64,000 bases of DNA from an uncultured Pseudomonadota bacterium (lineage in GTDB: Bacteria; Pseudomonadota; Alphaproteobacteria; JACZXZ01): the NCBI GenBank assembly GCA_963749075.1, contig CAVVLJ010000016.1:1280001-1344000 (forward strand), in the 5' to 3' direction. The position numbers and the translations under genes were made by a program. How positions within the stretch are numbered: position 1 is the first letter of the stretch; every line of letters begins with the position of its first letter. Positions 1-8,919 of the stretch are shown here, one piece after another. Below the pieces are notes generated by a model, which was not told the origin of the DNA, did no database searches, and was given only the letters and a program-made list of their open reading frames with translations.

Positions 1-1117
1 GCGCGAGGACCGCGTCGGAAAGGAACTCGCCGCCGATGTTGTACTGGCCAAGCGCCTTCACGTCGTCCGTGAGGGCCGCCTGGGCGCGGCGGCACTCCGC
101 GGCGAGCGCCTGCGCATCGCCGCCCGCGGCAAGGCCGTCGCGGTAGGCGAGCTCGATGTCGCGCCGGATGACCTCGGCGCGCACGCGGATCTCGTCGATG
201 CGGTCGCAAATGCGCTCGAGCTTGGTCGCCTTGTCCAGGATATGGACCGGCGTGATCACCTTGCCCACGTCGTGAAGGCCGGCGGCGACGCGGATCTCGT
301 AGAGCTGCTCCTCGCTCAGGCGGAAGTCGGCGAAGGGACCCTCGCCCGCCTGGCAGGCGGCCTCGACGAGCATCTGGGTCAGCGCCGGGACGCGCTGGCA
401 ATGGGCGCCCGTATAGGGCGACTTGGCGTCGACGGCGCCCGCCATCATGTGGATGAAGGAGTCGAAGAGCGCCCGCTCCGCCTCGATGAGCTGCTGGTTC
501 TCCAGCGCCACGGCCGCCTGGCTGCCGAGCAACTCGATGACCGGGAGGATGGCCTCGCCGAACGGCATGACCTGGTGCGTCGCCGGGTCGAGCGCGTTGA
601 GGAGCTGCAGGACGCCGATGACCTCCTGCTTGTGGTTCTTGAGCGGCACCGTGAGGAAGCTCTGCGAGCGGTAGCCCGTCGTCTCGTCGAACTTGCGCGT
701 GCCGGAAAAGTCGAAACCGGCGGCGTGGTAGGCATCGGCGATGTTGATGGTGGCGCCGGTATGGGCGACGTGGGTCGCCACCTGGTTATGGTTGGGCTCG
801 TTCGACGCGCCGTGGTGGTAGAGCTCGAGCGGCGGGAAGGGCACCGGCTTCCCCGTGGTGCCGCCGAGCGCTATGCACAGCGTATCGTTGCGCAGGATGA
901 CGAAGCGCAGGCACTCGCTCTCCGTGCGCAGATAGAGCGTACCGCCGTCGGCATGGGCGATCTCCATGGCGCCGGCGACGATGCGCTCGAGCAGGCGGTC
1001 GTGGTTGCGCTCGGCCGAGAGTGCGATGCCGAGGTCGACAAGTTGCTTGAGCTCGGCGGCTACGTCCGCAGGAGCCTGGTGCGGCTCGCCCCCGGCAGTT
1101 TGCGCATCGTTGCCCAT
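1..1117 (-). CDS. GAF + HD-GYP domain phosphohydrolase (putative c-di-GMP phosphodiesterase); 3' end runs off the window
   Basis: Not in the ORF track; hand translation from ATG 1117: MGNDAQ...LGIALSAERNHDRLLERIV...ADGGTLYL...FDFSGTRKFDETTGYRSQSFLTVPLKNHKQEVIGVLQLLNA (GAF), later HDVGKVITPVHILDKATKL (HD-GYP type). Confidence 0.85.
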   Translation of the reverse strand, partial: MGNDAQTAGGEPHQAPADVAAELKQLVDLGIALSAERNHDRLLERIVAGAMEIAHADGGTLYLRTESECLRFVILRNDTLCIALGGTTGKPVPFPPLELYHHGASNEPNHNQVATHVAHTGATINIADAYHAAGFDFSGTRKFDETTGYRSQSFLTVPLKNHKQEVIGVLQLLNALDPATHQVMPFGEAILPVIELLGSQAAVALENQQLIEAERALFDSFIHMMAGAVDAKSPYTGAHCQRVPALTQMLVEAACQAGEGPFADFRLSEEQLYEIRVAAGLHDVGKVITPVHILDKATKLERICDRIDEIRVRAEVIRRDIELAYRDGLAAGGDAQALAAECRRAQAALTDDVKALGQYNIGGEFLSDAVLA

Positions 1118-1273
1118 ATGCCTGGCTCTTCCGCTCTCCGGGACAAACACCTTCACGCGCCCGGCCCATGCCGGCGCGTGCTCGTCCTTTCCACGCGATG
1201 GAACTATAGCATGGTTGATGCCGCAACTGTAGCGCCGCGCGCGGCCCCCGTCGCGGTCCCGCCGGCCTCGCCG

Positions 1274-2107
1274 TTACATCTTCTCGACGATCTCCTGCTC
1301 GGTTTTGCTCAGCTCGGGCGCCATGCGCTTGGCCACCGCGCGCAGCCATTCGAGGTACACCGTCTGGCCCTTATCGACCGCCACGCCGACCGGCTGGGCC
1401 TTCTCCTGGCTGCCCTGGCAGTTGTTCTCGCGCGGCAGTGCTGCCAGCCCCTTCACCTTCTTGGCGATGAGCGGCCACTGGATGCGGTTGATGGGCGCCG
1501 CGTCCGCCCGCTTGGCCATGATCTCCTCGATCGGCGCCGGCGCATTGGAGCTGCTGACGCCGTGGAGCTCCGCCTTGGGGAAGCGCTCCTTCACCCAGTT
1601 CTCCTCGGCGCCGCCGATGAAATAGGCGATGACGGTGCCGGGCGCATTGAGGTCGTCGACCGTCTTTGCGGCGGCGATCTTGGCATCGTCGGCGCGGCCG
1701 AACATGCAGACGCTGGTGTTGGAATAGAGCACGAAATCCACCACCTTGAGGCGCTCGGGCGTCTCGGCGAGGGCCGTGATGCTGATGTCGGCCTGATTGG
1801 TGGCGAGCACCGGGATCTTGGTCTCGTGGCTCACCGGTACCGTCTCGAGCTTCACCTTGAGGAGCCGCGCATATTCCTTGGCGAGAACCCAGGCCGGGCC
1901 GCCCCAGGGCTCGCCCGTGCCGCTCGTGGTCTCGGTGAGCCACGGCGGGTTGGCGAGCACGGCCACGCGCAAAGCACCTGCCTTGCGGATGGCATCGATG
2001 CGCGGGCTGGCGCCCGGCGCCGGCGGCTCCTGGGCATAGCTGAGGCTGGTCGCAAGCAGTCCCGCCGCAAGTGCCAACGCCGCGGCGGCAACTCTCATTG
2101 TCGGCAT
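1274..2107 (-). CDS. Periplasmic amino-acid ABC transporter substrate-binding protein (family 3), stand-alone
   Basis: Signal peptide MPTMRVAAAALALAAGLLATSLSYA; IDAIRKAGALRV, ADISITALAETPERLKVVDF; GGAGG RBS upstream of ATG 2107. Confidence 0.8.
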   Translation of the reverse strand: MPTMRVAAAALALAAGLLATSLSYAQEPPAPGASPRIDAIRKAGALRVAVLANPPWLTETTSGTGEPWGGPAWVLAKEYARLLKVKLETVPVSHETKIPVLATNQADISITALAETPERLKVVDFVLYSNTSVCMFGRADDAKIAAAKTVDDLNAPGTVIAYFIGGAEENWVKERFPKAELHGVSSSNAPAPIEEIMAKRADAAPINRIQWPLIAKKVKGLAALPRENNCQGSQEKAQPVGVAVDKGQTVYLEWLRAVAKRMAPELSKTEQEIVEKM

Positions 2108-2579
2108 GTCGGGCCTCCTCCCCTGATCGCTCCTCGCAATCGCGCGGAGCCGCGGTGCACCCGCGGTCTTCTTGCAGTGCCTGCACATTAGCATGACCGA
2201 ATCGCAGGCTAAAGCCAGATCGAGAACTGTGCCACGACCACAGCGACGGCAATCCGCACGTAGCATTGCAGGACCACGACACGGAAGCAAAGGCGTAACG
2301 TGCGCTGCCGTGGCCGAGAAGCCGGCCTCGTTATTTCTATCTCGCTTAACTCGACGGTCATCAGTGAAGTTAAATTATTGCAACGTGGGCGTGTAAGGTT
2401 GCAGGCCGGGAGCGGGCACCAACTTCGGTCGCTCACTCTTGCCCCCCACACCATTCACCAAGGGATCGCCTTTGCAACGGACGGGACAATGCCCGTGTCC
2501 GTTATTCCGTTGCGCGCTGCAAGCCGGCACCCCGGAGTGCGAACGCAATCTTTCCCCTTTGTCAAGGAGTACAGTTCCA

Positions 2580-3074
2580 ATGGACCCTGCTGGAAGAGAT
2601 AAGCCTAGAAAGAACATTCTGCGGGATGATGGTGATATTCCGGTTTTCGAAAAAATTGGGCATTCCGTCATCGAGATGCCACCCGGCGAGGATCCCCATT
2701 TCTTCGTCGACCAGGGTCTGCTTGCCCGAATGTCTCAGGGCGGCGTCCCGAACATGAATGATCTCTTTGCAATGATCCAGGCATTACGACCGTTGCTGAA
2801 TTTCCGACAGGGCCGCGCCTGGGATGTTCAGCGGATCAAGGGAACGTCGATGCACGACTTCGTCAATTACGCGACCGTGGCGATTGGACTATACGGAGCC
2901 GCCGCCGGGATTCCGATCGATGATATACTCGTATTGGAGGACATATACGCGGCCCTGCGCTCGGATTTCGGCAACGTCGAAATGGACAGGACGTATTCGT
3001 CGCTCCCGGTGACGAACGTCAAGAACACGGAACTCGGCTACGAATTGTTTGAGACCGGGAAGATCGGCCCGTAG
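2580..3074 (+). CDS. Hypothetical protein resembling a polymorphic-toxin Ntox44-like domain
   Basis: AAGGAG RBS before ATG 2580; motif FRQGRAWDVQR...DFVNYATVAIGLYGAAAGIP; visibly lower GC than the flanks. Confidence 0.5.
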   Translation: MDPAGRDKPRKNILRDDGDIPVFEKIGHSVIEMPPGEDPHFFVDQGLLARMSQGGVPNMNDLFAMIQALRPLLNFRQGRAWDVQRIKGTSMHDFVNYATVAIGLYGAAAGIPIDDILVLEDIYAALRSDFGNVEMDRTYSSLPVTNVKNTELGYELFETGKIGP

Positions 3075-3180
3075 AAGAAATGAGTTTTACGTCTCTAGCT
3101 TCCGAGGCCGCCGATATTGGAGCGGCGGCTTCGTTGCCGCAGAAGCCGCGTGAAAAGATGGCAGACGCTGACACGGGGCA

Positions 3181-3582
3181 TCAAGGAGCTCGTTCATATA
3201 GGACCCTTACCTCGCCAAAGCGATCTCGGTGATCGCGAAGTTGGACGGCGGTCGGCAGAGTGATGACCAAATTGTGCGCATTGTCCATTGAGACACGGGC
3301 ATTCGACGGATCGTCGATCATAGCGAGAGTGAGCTTCTCCATCGTGACGGTGTTGATCGCATAGATTTGAAGTGGGCCGTGGAGGCCGAAGCCGCAAGCG
3401 GCCATCCAGGTTTCTACCATCCATCTCGAGTTCGGTACGAATATACGGTCGAGTCGCTCGGGGGCACACGGCTTCCAAACGAACAATGTCACATAATTTT
3501 CCACGCTCGAGACGGTAATCGCGACGGCGAGGACCACGAGTCCGAGCCCAAGTAGAATATACCTTGCGGCCTTGCGAGCCAT
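3181..3582 (-). CDS. Hypothetical membrane-anchored periplasmic protein (133 aa)
   Basis: N-terminal TM/signal YILLGLGLVVLAVAITV, two Cys, beta-rich remainder; GAGG RBS; lower GC. Confidence 0.6.
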   Translation of the reverse strand: MARKAARYILLGLGLVVLAVAITVSSVENYVTLFVWKPCAPERLDRIFVPNSRWMVETWMAACGFGLHGPLQIYAINTVTMEKLTLAMIDDPSNARVSMDNAHNLVITLPTAVQLRDHRDRFGEVRVLYERAP

Positions 3583-3725
3583 TTTTGCCCCTCGTGGCGG
3601 GCGCACACAACGATGGATAGAAGAATTTAACACAATTGGAATTGATCTGCCACCGACGGCGCATGCGCAGGGCGGCTTGAACGTGGGACAGGGCGATTGC
3701 AAGCAGGCTTACCACGACGATCCGC

Positions 3726-3767
3726 GCGCCCTCCCCGGTGCGCCCTCCCCGGTGCGCCCTCCCCGGT
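3726..3767. repeat. Tandem repeat, 3 x 14 bp GCGCCCTCCCCGGT
   Basis: Three exact adjacent copies at 3726, 3740 and 3754. Confidence 0.95.
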
Positions 3768-3828
3768 TGTACGCGTCCGCTGGCTTGGGATAGCATAGCA
3801 AATTTGGCGCAAGCGGAGGGACCATGCG

Positions 3829-4377
3829 ATGCATGTCTGCGCCTCGAGCCACCGCGATGCGGGAGCGGCCGGGAGCCGCCGCCGCTTCCTCGGCCAGCTG
3901 GCGCTCGGCGGCGGCCTCCTCTTAGCAGGCGCCGCCCTCCCCTTCGTCCGCTTACGCGCGGCGGAGGGCACCGAGGCGCTCCTCTTGAGCTGCATCGACT
4001 ACCGGCTGGTCGACGCCACGACGCGCTACATGGACGGCCGCGGCATGGCGGGGAAGTACGACCATGTGATCCTCGCGGGCGCCTCGCTCGGCGCCGAGAC
4101 GGCCAAGTTCCCGGCCTGGCGCACGACCTTCTGGGAGCATCTCAAGCTCGCCATCGATCTTCACCACATCCACCAGCTCATCGTCCTCGACCACCGCGAC
4201 TGCGGCGCCTACAAGCTCATCCTGGGCAAGGACTTCTCGAAAGACCCCGCGGAGGAGTTCGCGGTCCATGCCCGCGAGCTGCGCCGGCTCAAGGCCGCAG
4301 TCTTGAGGCGGCACCCGCCGTTGCAGGTCGAGCTCTCGCTGATGGCGCTCGACGGCAGCGTCGAGCCGGTCGCCTGA
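3829..4377 (+). CDS. Putative beta-class-like carbonic anhydrase with Tat signal
   Basis: SRRRFLG twin-arginine signal; Zn-ligand motifs SCIDYR and DHRDCGAY. Confidence 0.75.
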   Translation: MHVCASSHRDAGAAGSRRRFLGQLALGGGLLLAGAALPFVRLRAAEGTEALLLSCIDYRLVDATTRYMDGRGMAGKYDHVILAGASLGAETAKFPAWRTTFWEHLKLAIDLHHIHQLIVLDHRDCGAYKLILGKDFSKDPAEEFAVHARELRRLKAAVLRRHPPLQVELSLMALDGSVEPVA

Positions 4378-4384
4378 CGCAGCC

Positions 4385-5284
4385 TCAGGCAAGCGCCCTG
4401 CCGGTCAGCCGCTCGAGCACCTTGAGCGGCGAGGTGCGCGGATCGGCCATCACCGCGATATCGAGATGGAAGGTCTGCTCGAGGGCGAATTGCCCGGCAA
4501 GTGCCGCGTGCAGCACCTGGTCGGTGTAGCAGAGCCAAGTGGTCCCCGGCGCAAAGGCGAACTCAGCGAGCCGAGCCGACTGCTGGTATGCGGCGTCGCG
4601 CTTGCCGCGGTCGTGCAGGCCGAGCATGAGATGGTCGTAGCCGCTCCGCCGGCCCTTGGTGATGCCGAGCGCTTGGAGGAGCCAGGCCTCGCCGGCGAGC
4701 TGCGGGCGCAAGCCCGCGACGAAGCGCTGAGCGAAGGCCTCGAACGGCTCGCCGAGGTGCCAAAGGCGCGCCTTGCCGGCGGGATCGATGTTGCTGAAGA
4801 GGCGCAGGATGCGCCGCCCATGTGTGGGGCGCGAGGGGAAGGCGTCGGGATGGAGGAGCGTGTCGTCCTTGATCGGCGAATAGCTGCGCCCGTCGATCTC
4901 GATCGGCCGGTAGCTCGTGCGCGCGCGCTCGAGCCCGGCGGCGTAGCCGGGCAGCAGGTCGGAGACGAGGCGGGTGGCACCCGATGCGAAACGCTCCATC
5001 ATTGCGGCGAGACGCTCGCGCGTCTCACCCCCGGCAACCGTGCCCTGGCAACTGCCGGTCAGAGGGTCGAAGCTGACGTTCTTGGCCTTGCCGTTCGAGA
5101 GATTGGGCGAGAGCAGCGCCTCCTCCCCCGCCTCGAGGACGAAGGCGAGCTTGGGGCAATAGAGCACTTTGCCGCCCTCGAGCGCCGCGACCGCACGCTG
5201 CCGCAGCTCGGGCGCGAAAGGGCCCGACCAGCGCTCGATCTCGAGGCTCTCGATGACGTCCTGAGCGTCCACCTCGCGTGCCAT
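4385..5284 (-). CDS. kdoO: Kdo hydroxylase family protein (KdoO-like)
   Basis: ALEGGKVLYCP, KAKNVS, TSYRP, KDDTLLHPDAFPSRPTHGRRILRLFSNI, YDHLMLGLHD, DQVLHAALAGQFALEQT. Confidence 0.8.
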   Translation of the reverse strand: MAREVDAQDVIESLEIERWSGPFAPELRQRAVAALEGGKVLYCPKLAFVLEAGEEALLSPNLSNGKAKNVSFDPLTGSCQGTVAGGETRERLAAMMERFASGATRLVSDLLPGYAAGLERARTSYRPIEIDGRSYSPIKDDTLLHPDAFPSRPTHGRRILRLFSNIDPAGKARLWHLGEPFEAFAQRFVAGLRPQLAGEAWLLQALGITKGRRSGYDHLMLGLHDRGKRDAAYQQSARLAEFAFAPGTTWLCYTDQVLHAALAGQFALEQTFHLDIAVMADPRTSPLKVLERLTGRALA

Positions 5285-5518
5285 GGCGGCATTCTAGCTG
5301 GAACGGCGGGCCGCGGCGAGGGCCGCGCAGCCTGCCTCGATATTTGCCCTCCCGAGAACCGGCGACGTGCCTTCACTTCAGATCAGACCTAAACGCCGCA
5401 AGGCGTCGCGAACAGCCGCCGGCAGGCCATAGCGATAGAATCTGTCTTCGAGGTCCCGGTCTTGCAGAATCCGACAAGCTAGCCAACTCTCAGCGTGCCT
5501 AGTGCCCTCGCTTTTTTT

Positions 5519-5544
5519 CTGGTAGCTTGGTAACAAGCTACCAG
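5519..5544. promoter_or_regulatory. Perfect 11-bp inverted repeat CTGGTAGCTTG-GTAA-CAAGCTACCAG, putative operator
   Basis: Arms are exact reverse complements; ends 25 bp upstream of ATG 5570. Confidence 0.65.
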
Positions 5545-5569
5545 TCTGTAGCAGGAACGGAAGTACCCG

Positions 5570-5788
5570 ATGGCCGCCGCAGCACAGAGGAAAGCGCAAA
5601 TCCATGTGCGCGTGACGCAGGAGTTCAAGAGAGCGGTCAAGATGTTCTGCGTCCGTGAAGGGACTACCGAGCAAACCTGGGTCCTGGAGTTAACCGAGGC
5701 AGCTCTCGCGGATCAGGCCCCGGATCTGTGGCCTGTGCCGCAGACCGAGCGCAAAAACCGCATCGGTCGCGGAACAGCGAAGGTCTGA
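5570..5788 (+). CDS. Small ribbon-helix-helix-like DNA-binding protein (72 aa)
   Basis: AQIHVRVTQEFKRAVKMFCVREGTTEQTWVLELTEAAL fits an RHH strand-helix-G-helix pattern; first gene of a tight operon. Confidence 0.6.
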   Translation: MAAAAQRKAQIHVRVTQEFKRAVKMFCVREGTTEQTWVLELTEAALADQAPDLWPVPQTERKNRIGRGTAKV

Positions 5789-5793
5789 CGATT

Positions 5794-8700
5794 ATGCCCG
5801 GTCTGAACGAGCAAGCCAGCGCTTTCGGTTGCCCAGACCTAATTCACCTTGCAGGCGAGCCCACGGCTGACAACCTGGAATATCTCGACCTATTGTCCGA
5901 CAGGTCAGAATCGCCGTTGCTTCCGGATGCCGTTGCTGAGTTTCAAGGCCGCCCGGTGATGTATCTAGTGGACGGCGGTGCCCGACTCGGGCGAAACGAG
6001 CCTGCAGCCGATGCAATTCGTCACTTGCAGCAACTCCTCGCAAATCGAAGCGAACAGTCCTGCCTTGCTGTAATCCGGCCCGGCTCACTGGATGTGTATC
6101 CTATCAATCTCGACCGCGAAACACTCATGAAGTTCCAGCCTAGAATCATCAGAGCGAATGCCTCTGACGCGCCTACTTTCTTCCAAGCCCTCGCCGCAGG
6201 CGTCCTGGCGCCGGAAGGGCAGCCAAAGGAAGCCGACTTTGTCTTCCACGAAATCCATAGCCTGCTTGCACGCGCTTCTGAAGATTTGACCGGCAAGCTC
6301 CGGCCGCTGGAAGTGCTCTCCGTCACGGGCCGCGCGTTGTTCTTCCGCTTTTTGCTTGACCGCCACATCATCCTTGAATGGGAGCGCGCCGATATTTGTC
6401 CGAAAGCGACCGAGTTGCGGGACGCCTTCTCCAATGCGGAGAAAGCTGCGGCCACTTCCTGCTGGCTGGATGAAACCTTCAATGGTGATCTGCTGCCACT
6501 CGTTTCAGGCTTGCCCGCCGACGCGAGTGCCGACGCACGTCTAACCGCCTACCGGAAGTTCTACCGACGGGCTGATGCTGACACGCGAAAGGACGTGTTC
6601 CTTCATTTGGAGGCCATACTTCGGGGCTGGAAATCATTGGGACATTTAAGTTTCCAACCCCGCCTGCCTCGCATTGACTGGAATGACTTGAACTTCGCCC
6701 ACATCCCGATCGGCGTACTGAGCCAAGTCTATGAGACCTTCAGCCGCCAGTGGGATCCAGAACACGCAGAGAAAACCAGTATCTACTACACTCCGAAGAA
6801 CATCGCTCGCTGTCTAGTCGACGAAGCGTTTGCAGGGCTTACAGACCCGGCGGAAGCTCACGCTCTCGATCCGGCATGTGGTGCAGGAATCTTCCTCGTC
6901 CTGACTTTCCGTAGACTAATTCGCGCCAGATGGCAGAAGGACGGGCGACGCCCAGACACCCGTGCGATCCAGCGCACTCTTTACAGCCAGTTACGCGGCT
7001 TCGACGTCAGCGAATCCGCGCTGCGCTTGGCGGCGCTGGCCCTCTACATCACTGCGATTGAACTCAATGGCTCTCCTCGACCACCTAAGAGTCTGAAGTT
7101 TCCAAGCCCCTTAAAAGATCACGTGCTTTTTAACTTCGGACGACAACTATTGGACAGCCAGCGCGGCTTCGTGCCCGGTAGTCTCGGCCCTGACGTTCCA
7201 CGACGATTCGACGGCACCTTCGACGTTGTTGTCACCAATCCGCCGTGGAGCCGCCTCCGCGCGTCGGGCAAGGTTAATGAAAATGCCGAGATCGAAAAGA
7301 CCCAGCCGGGGGGGCTGAGCCGCGAATTCACTGCCATAACTCAGCGGGTGCTAAAGGCCCGCAAACTGGACGACATCGCGAGGAACTACAGGAACCCCGA
7401 CAACAACCCCGACCTGCCCTTTGTCTGGAGAGCCGCAGAATGGACGAAGCCGGGCGGCATCATTGCGATGGCCCTTCCGGGCCGAGTCCTTTTCAAACAG
7501 AGCGAGCAAGGAAAAGCTGCGCGCGCCGCACTTCTGCAAGGGCTGGCCGTCACCGGCATCATCAATGGCTCCAATCTGCCAGAAACCGCCGTCTGGCCTA
7601 AGATGAAGCAGCCCTTCATGCTGTTTTTTGCACGCAATGCCGCGGCGGGGCCAAACCACCACTTCTATTTCGCTACGCCGGTCCGCGAACGCAAGCTCAA
7701 CGACCGGGGGCTTTTCCGCATCGACTACCAAGCCGCCGAGCCGGTTGCCGTGAAAGTTGTCGTCGAGAAGCCGTGGCTGCTCAAGGCGCTGGCGATTGGC
7801 ACCTCGTTGGATGTGGAAGTGATGGAGGGACTCAACGCGGCTGGTTGGAAGACGATCGGGGCATTTTGGAATCCCCCGATGCTGTATTGCGGGAAAGGCT
7901 ACAGTTTAGAGCCCCAAAGAAAAGGAGTTCCGCCTGAGTTTCTGCTCGACCTTCCAGATTTCGTTGCGCCTGATCAAGAGTTTTCCGTGAATGCCTCCAA
8001 GCTAGAGACGTTCAAGCAGAAGCACGGCTCTATCGTTCCCTATCAAGCCTGCGATCCGAGACTTTACCAACCGCCCCTGCTGGCCGTGCCTCAGTCTCCA
8101 GGCGAGCGTCGTGAACTCCCAAAGTCGTATCGTTTGCGGGCGAAAGCCGTCTGCTTTTCGCAAAGCTACTACGGCTTCTCGGCCGCGGGACATCCCGACG
8201 GAGAAATGCTGGTATCTCTGCTCTACCTCATCACCAACAGCCTTCTGTTTAATTACTTCTGCCTGATGGTGAGTTCACGCCTTGGCGCGGAGCGGCGGAC
8301 TTTCATCAAGGTCGATTTGGATGCGTTTCCTTTCCCTGACCCTGCCAGCCTAACCTCCGCGCAGAAGCGCAACATCCTATCTCTGGCCGAGGCGCTCGAA
8401 ACACGTTCCAACAAACCGTGGGATGTCATCGATAGATTTGTCTTTGAACTCTACGGACTGGATGACGACGACACCACAGTGGTGCGCGACACCCTGACCG
8501 TCGGCTCCCCCTATCAGTCGGTGCGCGGACCCGCCGAGTTACCTCCAAGCGGCAAGGAAGCAGGTTCCTTCTGTTCTTTCCTCGAAGACATGATCCAGCC
8601 ATCGTTTGAGGTAATTGGCCAGCGAGTATCGGTCGAGCAACTTCCCGCAGTAAGGGGGCGATGGGATCCCCCATGGCGGTTTGTTTCAGTCGCACTGAAG

Positions 8701-8919
8701 AGCGACAAGCTGCCCGCGCCCGATGATTTGATCGTCACCTTGATGGAAGAAGCGAACCGCGCCGCCGCGAGCCGTGTCGTCATGCGAGTACCCAACGGCG
8801 GATTGCTCATCGGCATCCTGAACCAGCGGCGATTCTGGACGCAGAGTCGGGCGAGACTCTGTGGGCTACACATCCTCCGGCAATGCTTGGATGCCTTTCC
8901 TCTGGAAAAGAAATCGTGA
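5794..8919 (+). CDS. Large N-6/N-4 DNA methyltransferase (HsdM/Eco57I type IIG-like) with probable C-terminal target-recognition region
   Basis: YYTPKNI (motif X), LDPACGAGIFL (motif I), GFDVS, FDVVVTNPPW (motif IV); about 1040 aa. Confidence 0.9.
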   Translation: MPGLNEQASAFGCPDLIHLAGEPTADNLEYLDLLSDRSESPLLPDAVAEFQGRPVMYLVDGGARLGRNEPAADAIRHLQQLLANRSEQSCLAVIRPGSLDVYPINLDRETLMKFQPRIIRANASDAPTFFQALAAGVLAPEGQPKEADFVFHEIHSLLARASEDLTGKLRPLEVLSVTGRALFFRFLLDRHIILEWERADICPKATELRDAFSNAEKAAATSCWLDETFNGDLLPLVSGLPADASADARLTAYRKFYRRADADTRKDVFLHLEAILRGWKSLGHLSFQPRLPRIDWNDLNFAHIPIGVLSQVYETFSRQWDPEHAEKTSIYYTPKNIARCLVDEAFAGLTDPAEAHALDPACGAGIFLVLTFRRLIRARWQKDGRRPDTRAIQRTLYSQLRGFDVSESALRLAALALYITAIELNGSPRPPKSLKFPSPLKDHVLFNFGRQLLDSQRGFVPGSLGPDVPRRFDGTFDVVVTNPPWSRLRASGKVNENAEIEKTQPGGLSREFTAITQRVLKARKLDDIARNYRNPDNNPDLPFVWRAAEWTKPGGIIAMALPGRVLFKQSEQGKAARAALLQGLAVTGIINGSNLPETAVWPKMKQPFMLFFARNAAAGPNHHFYFATPVRERKLNDRGLFRIDYQAAEPVAVKVVVEKPWLLKALAIGTSLDVEVMEGLNAAGWKTIGAFWNPPMLYCGKGYSLEPQRKGVPPEFLLDLPDFVAPDQEFSVNASKLETFKQKHGSIVPYQACDPRLYQPPLLAVPQSPGERRELPKSYRLRAKAVCFSQSYYGFSAAGHPDGEMLVSLLYLITNSLLFNYFCLMVSSRLGAERRTFIKVDLDAFPFPDPASLTSAQKRNILSLAEALETRSNKPWDVIDRFVFELYGLDDDDTTVVRDTLTVGSPYQSVRGPAELPPSGKEAGSFCSFLEDMIQPSFEVIGQRVSVEQLPAVRGRWDPPWRFVSVALKSDKLPAPDDLIVTLMEEANRAAASRVVMRVPNGGLLIGILNQRRFWTQSRARLCGLHILRQCLDAFPLEKKS

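Noticed and set aside
242-2191. 649-aa plus-strand ORF
   Set aside because: Antisense shadow of the HD-GYP and SBP genes; no motifs; typical of high-GC DNA
5378-5500. Minus-strand frame ending ...DRDLEDRFYRYGLPAAVRDALRRLGLI, a possible gene remnant at the islet edge
   Set aside because: No credible start or recognisable family
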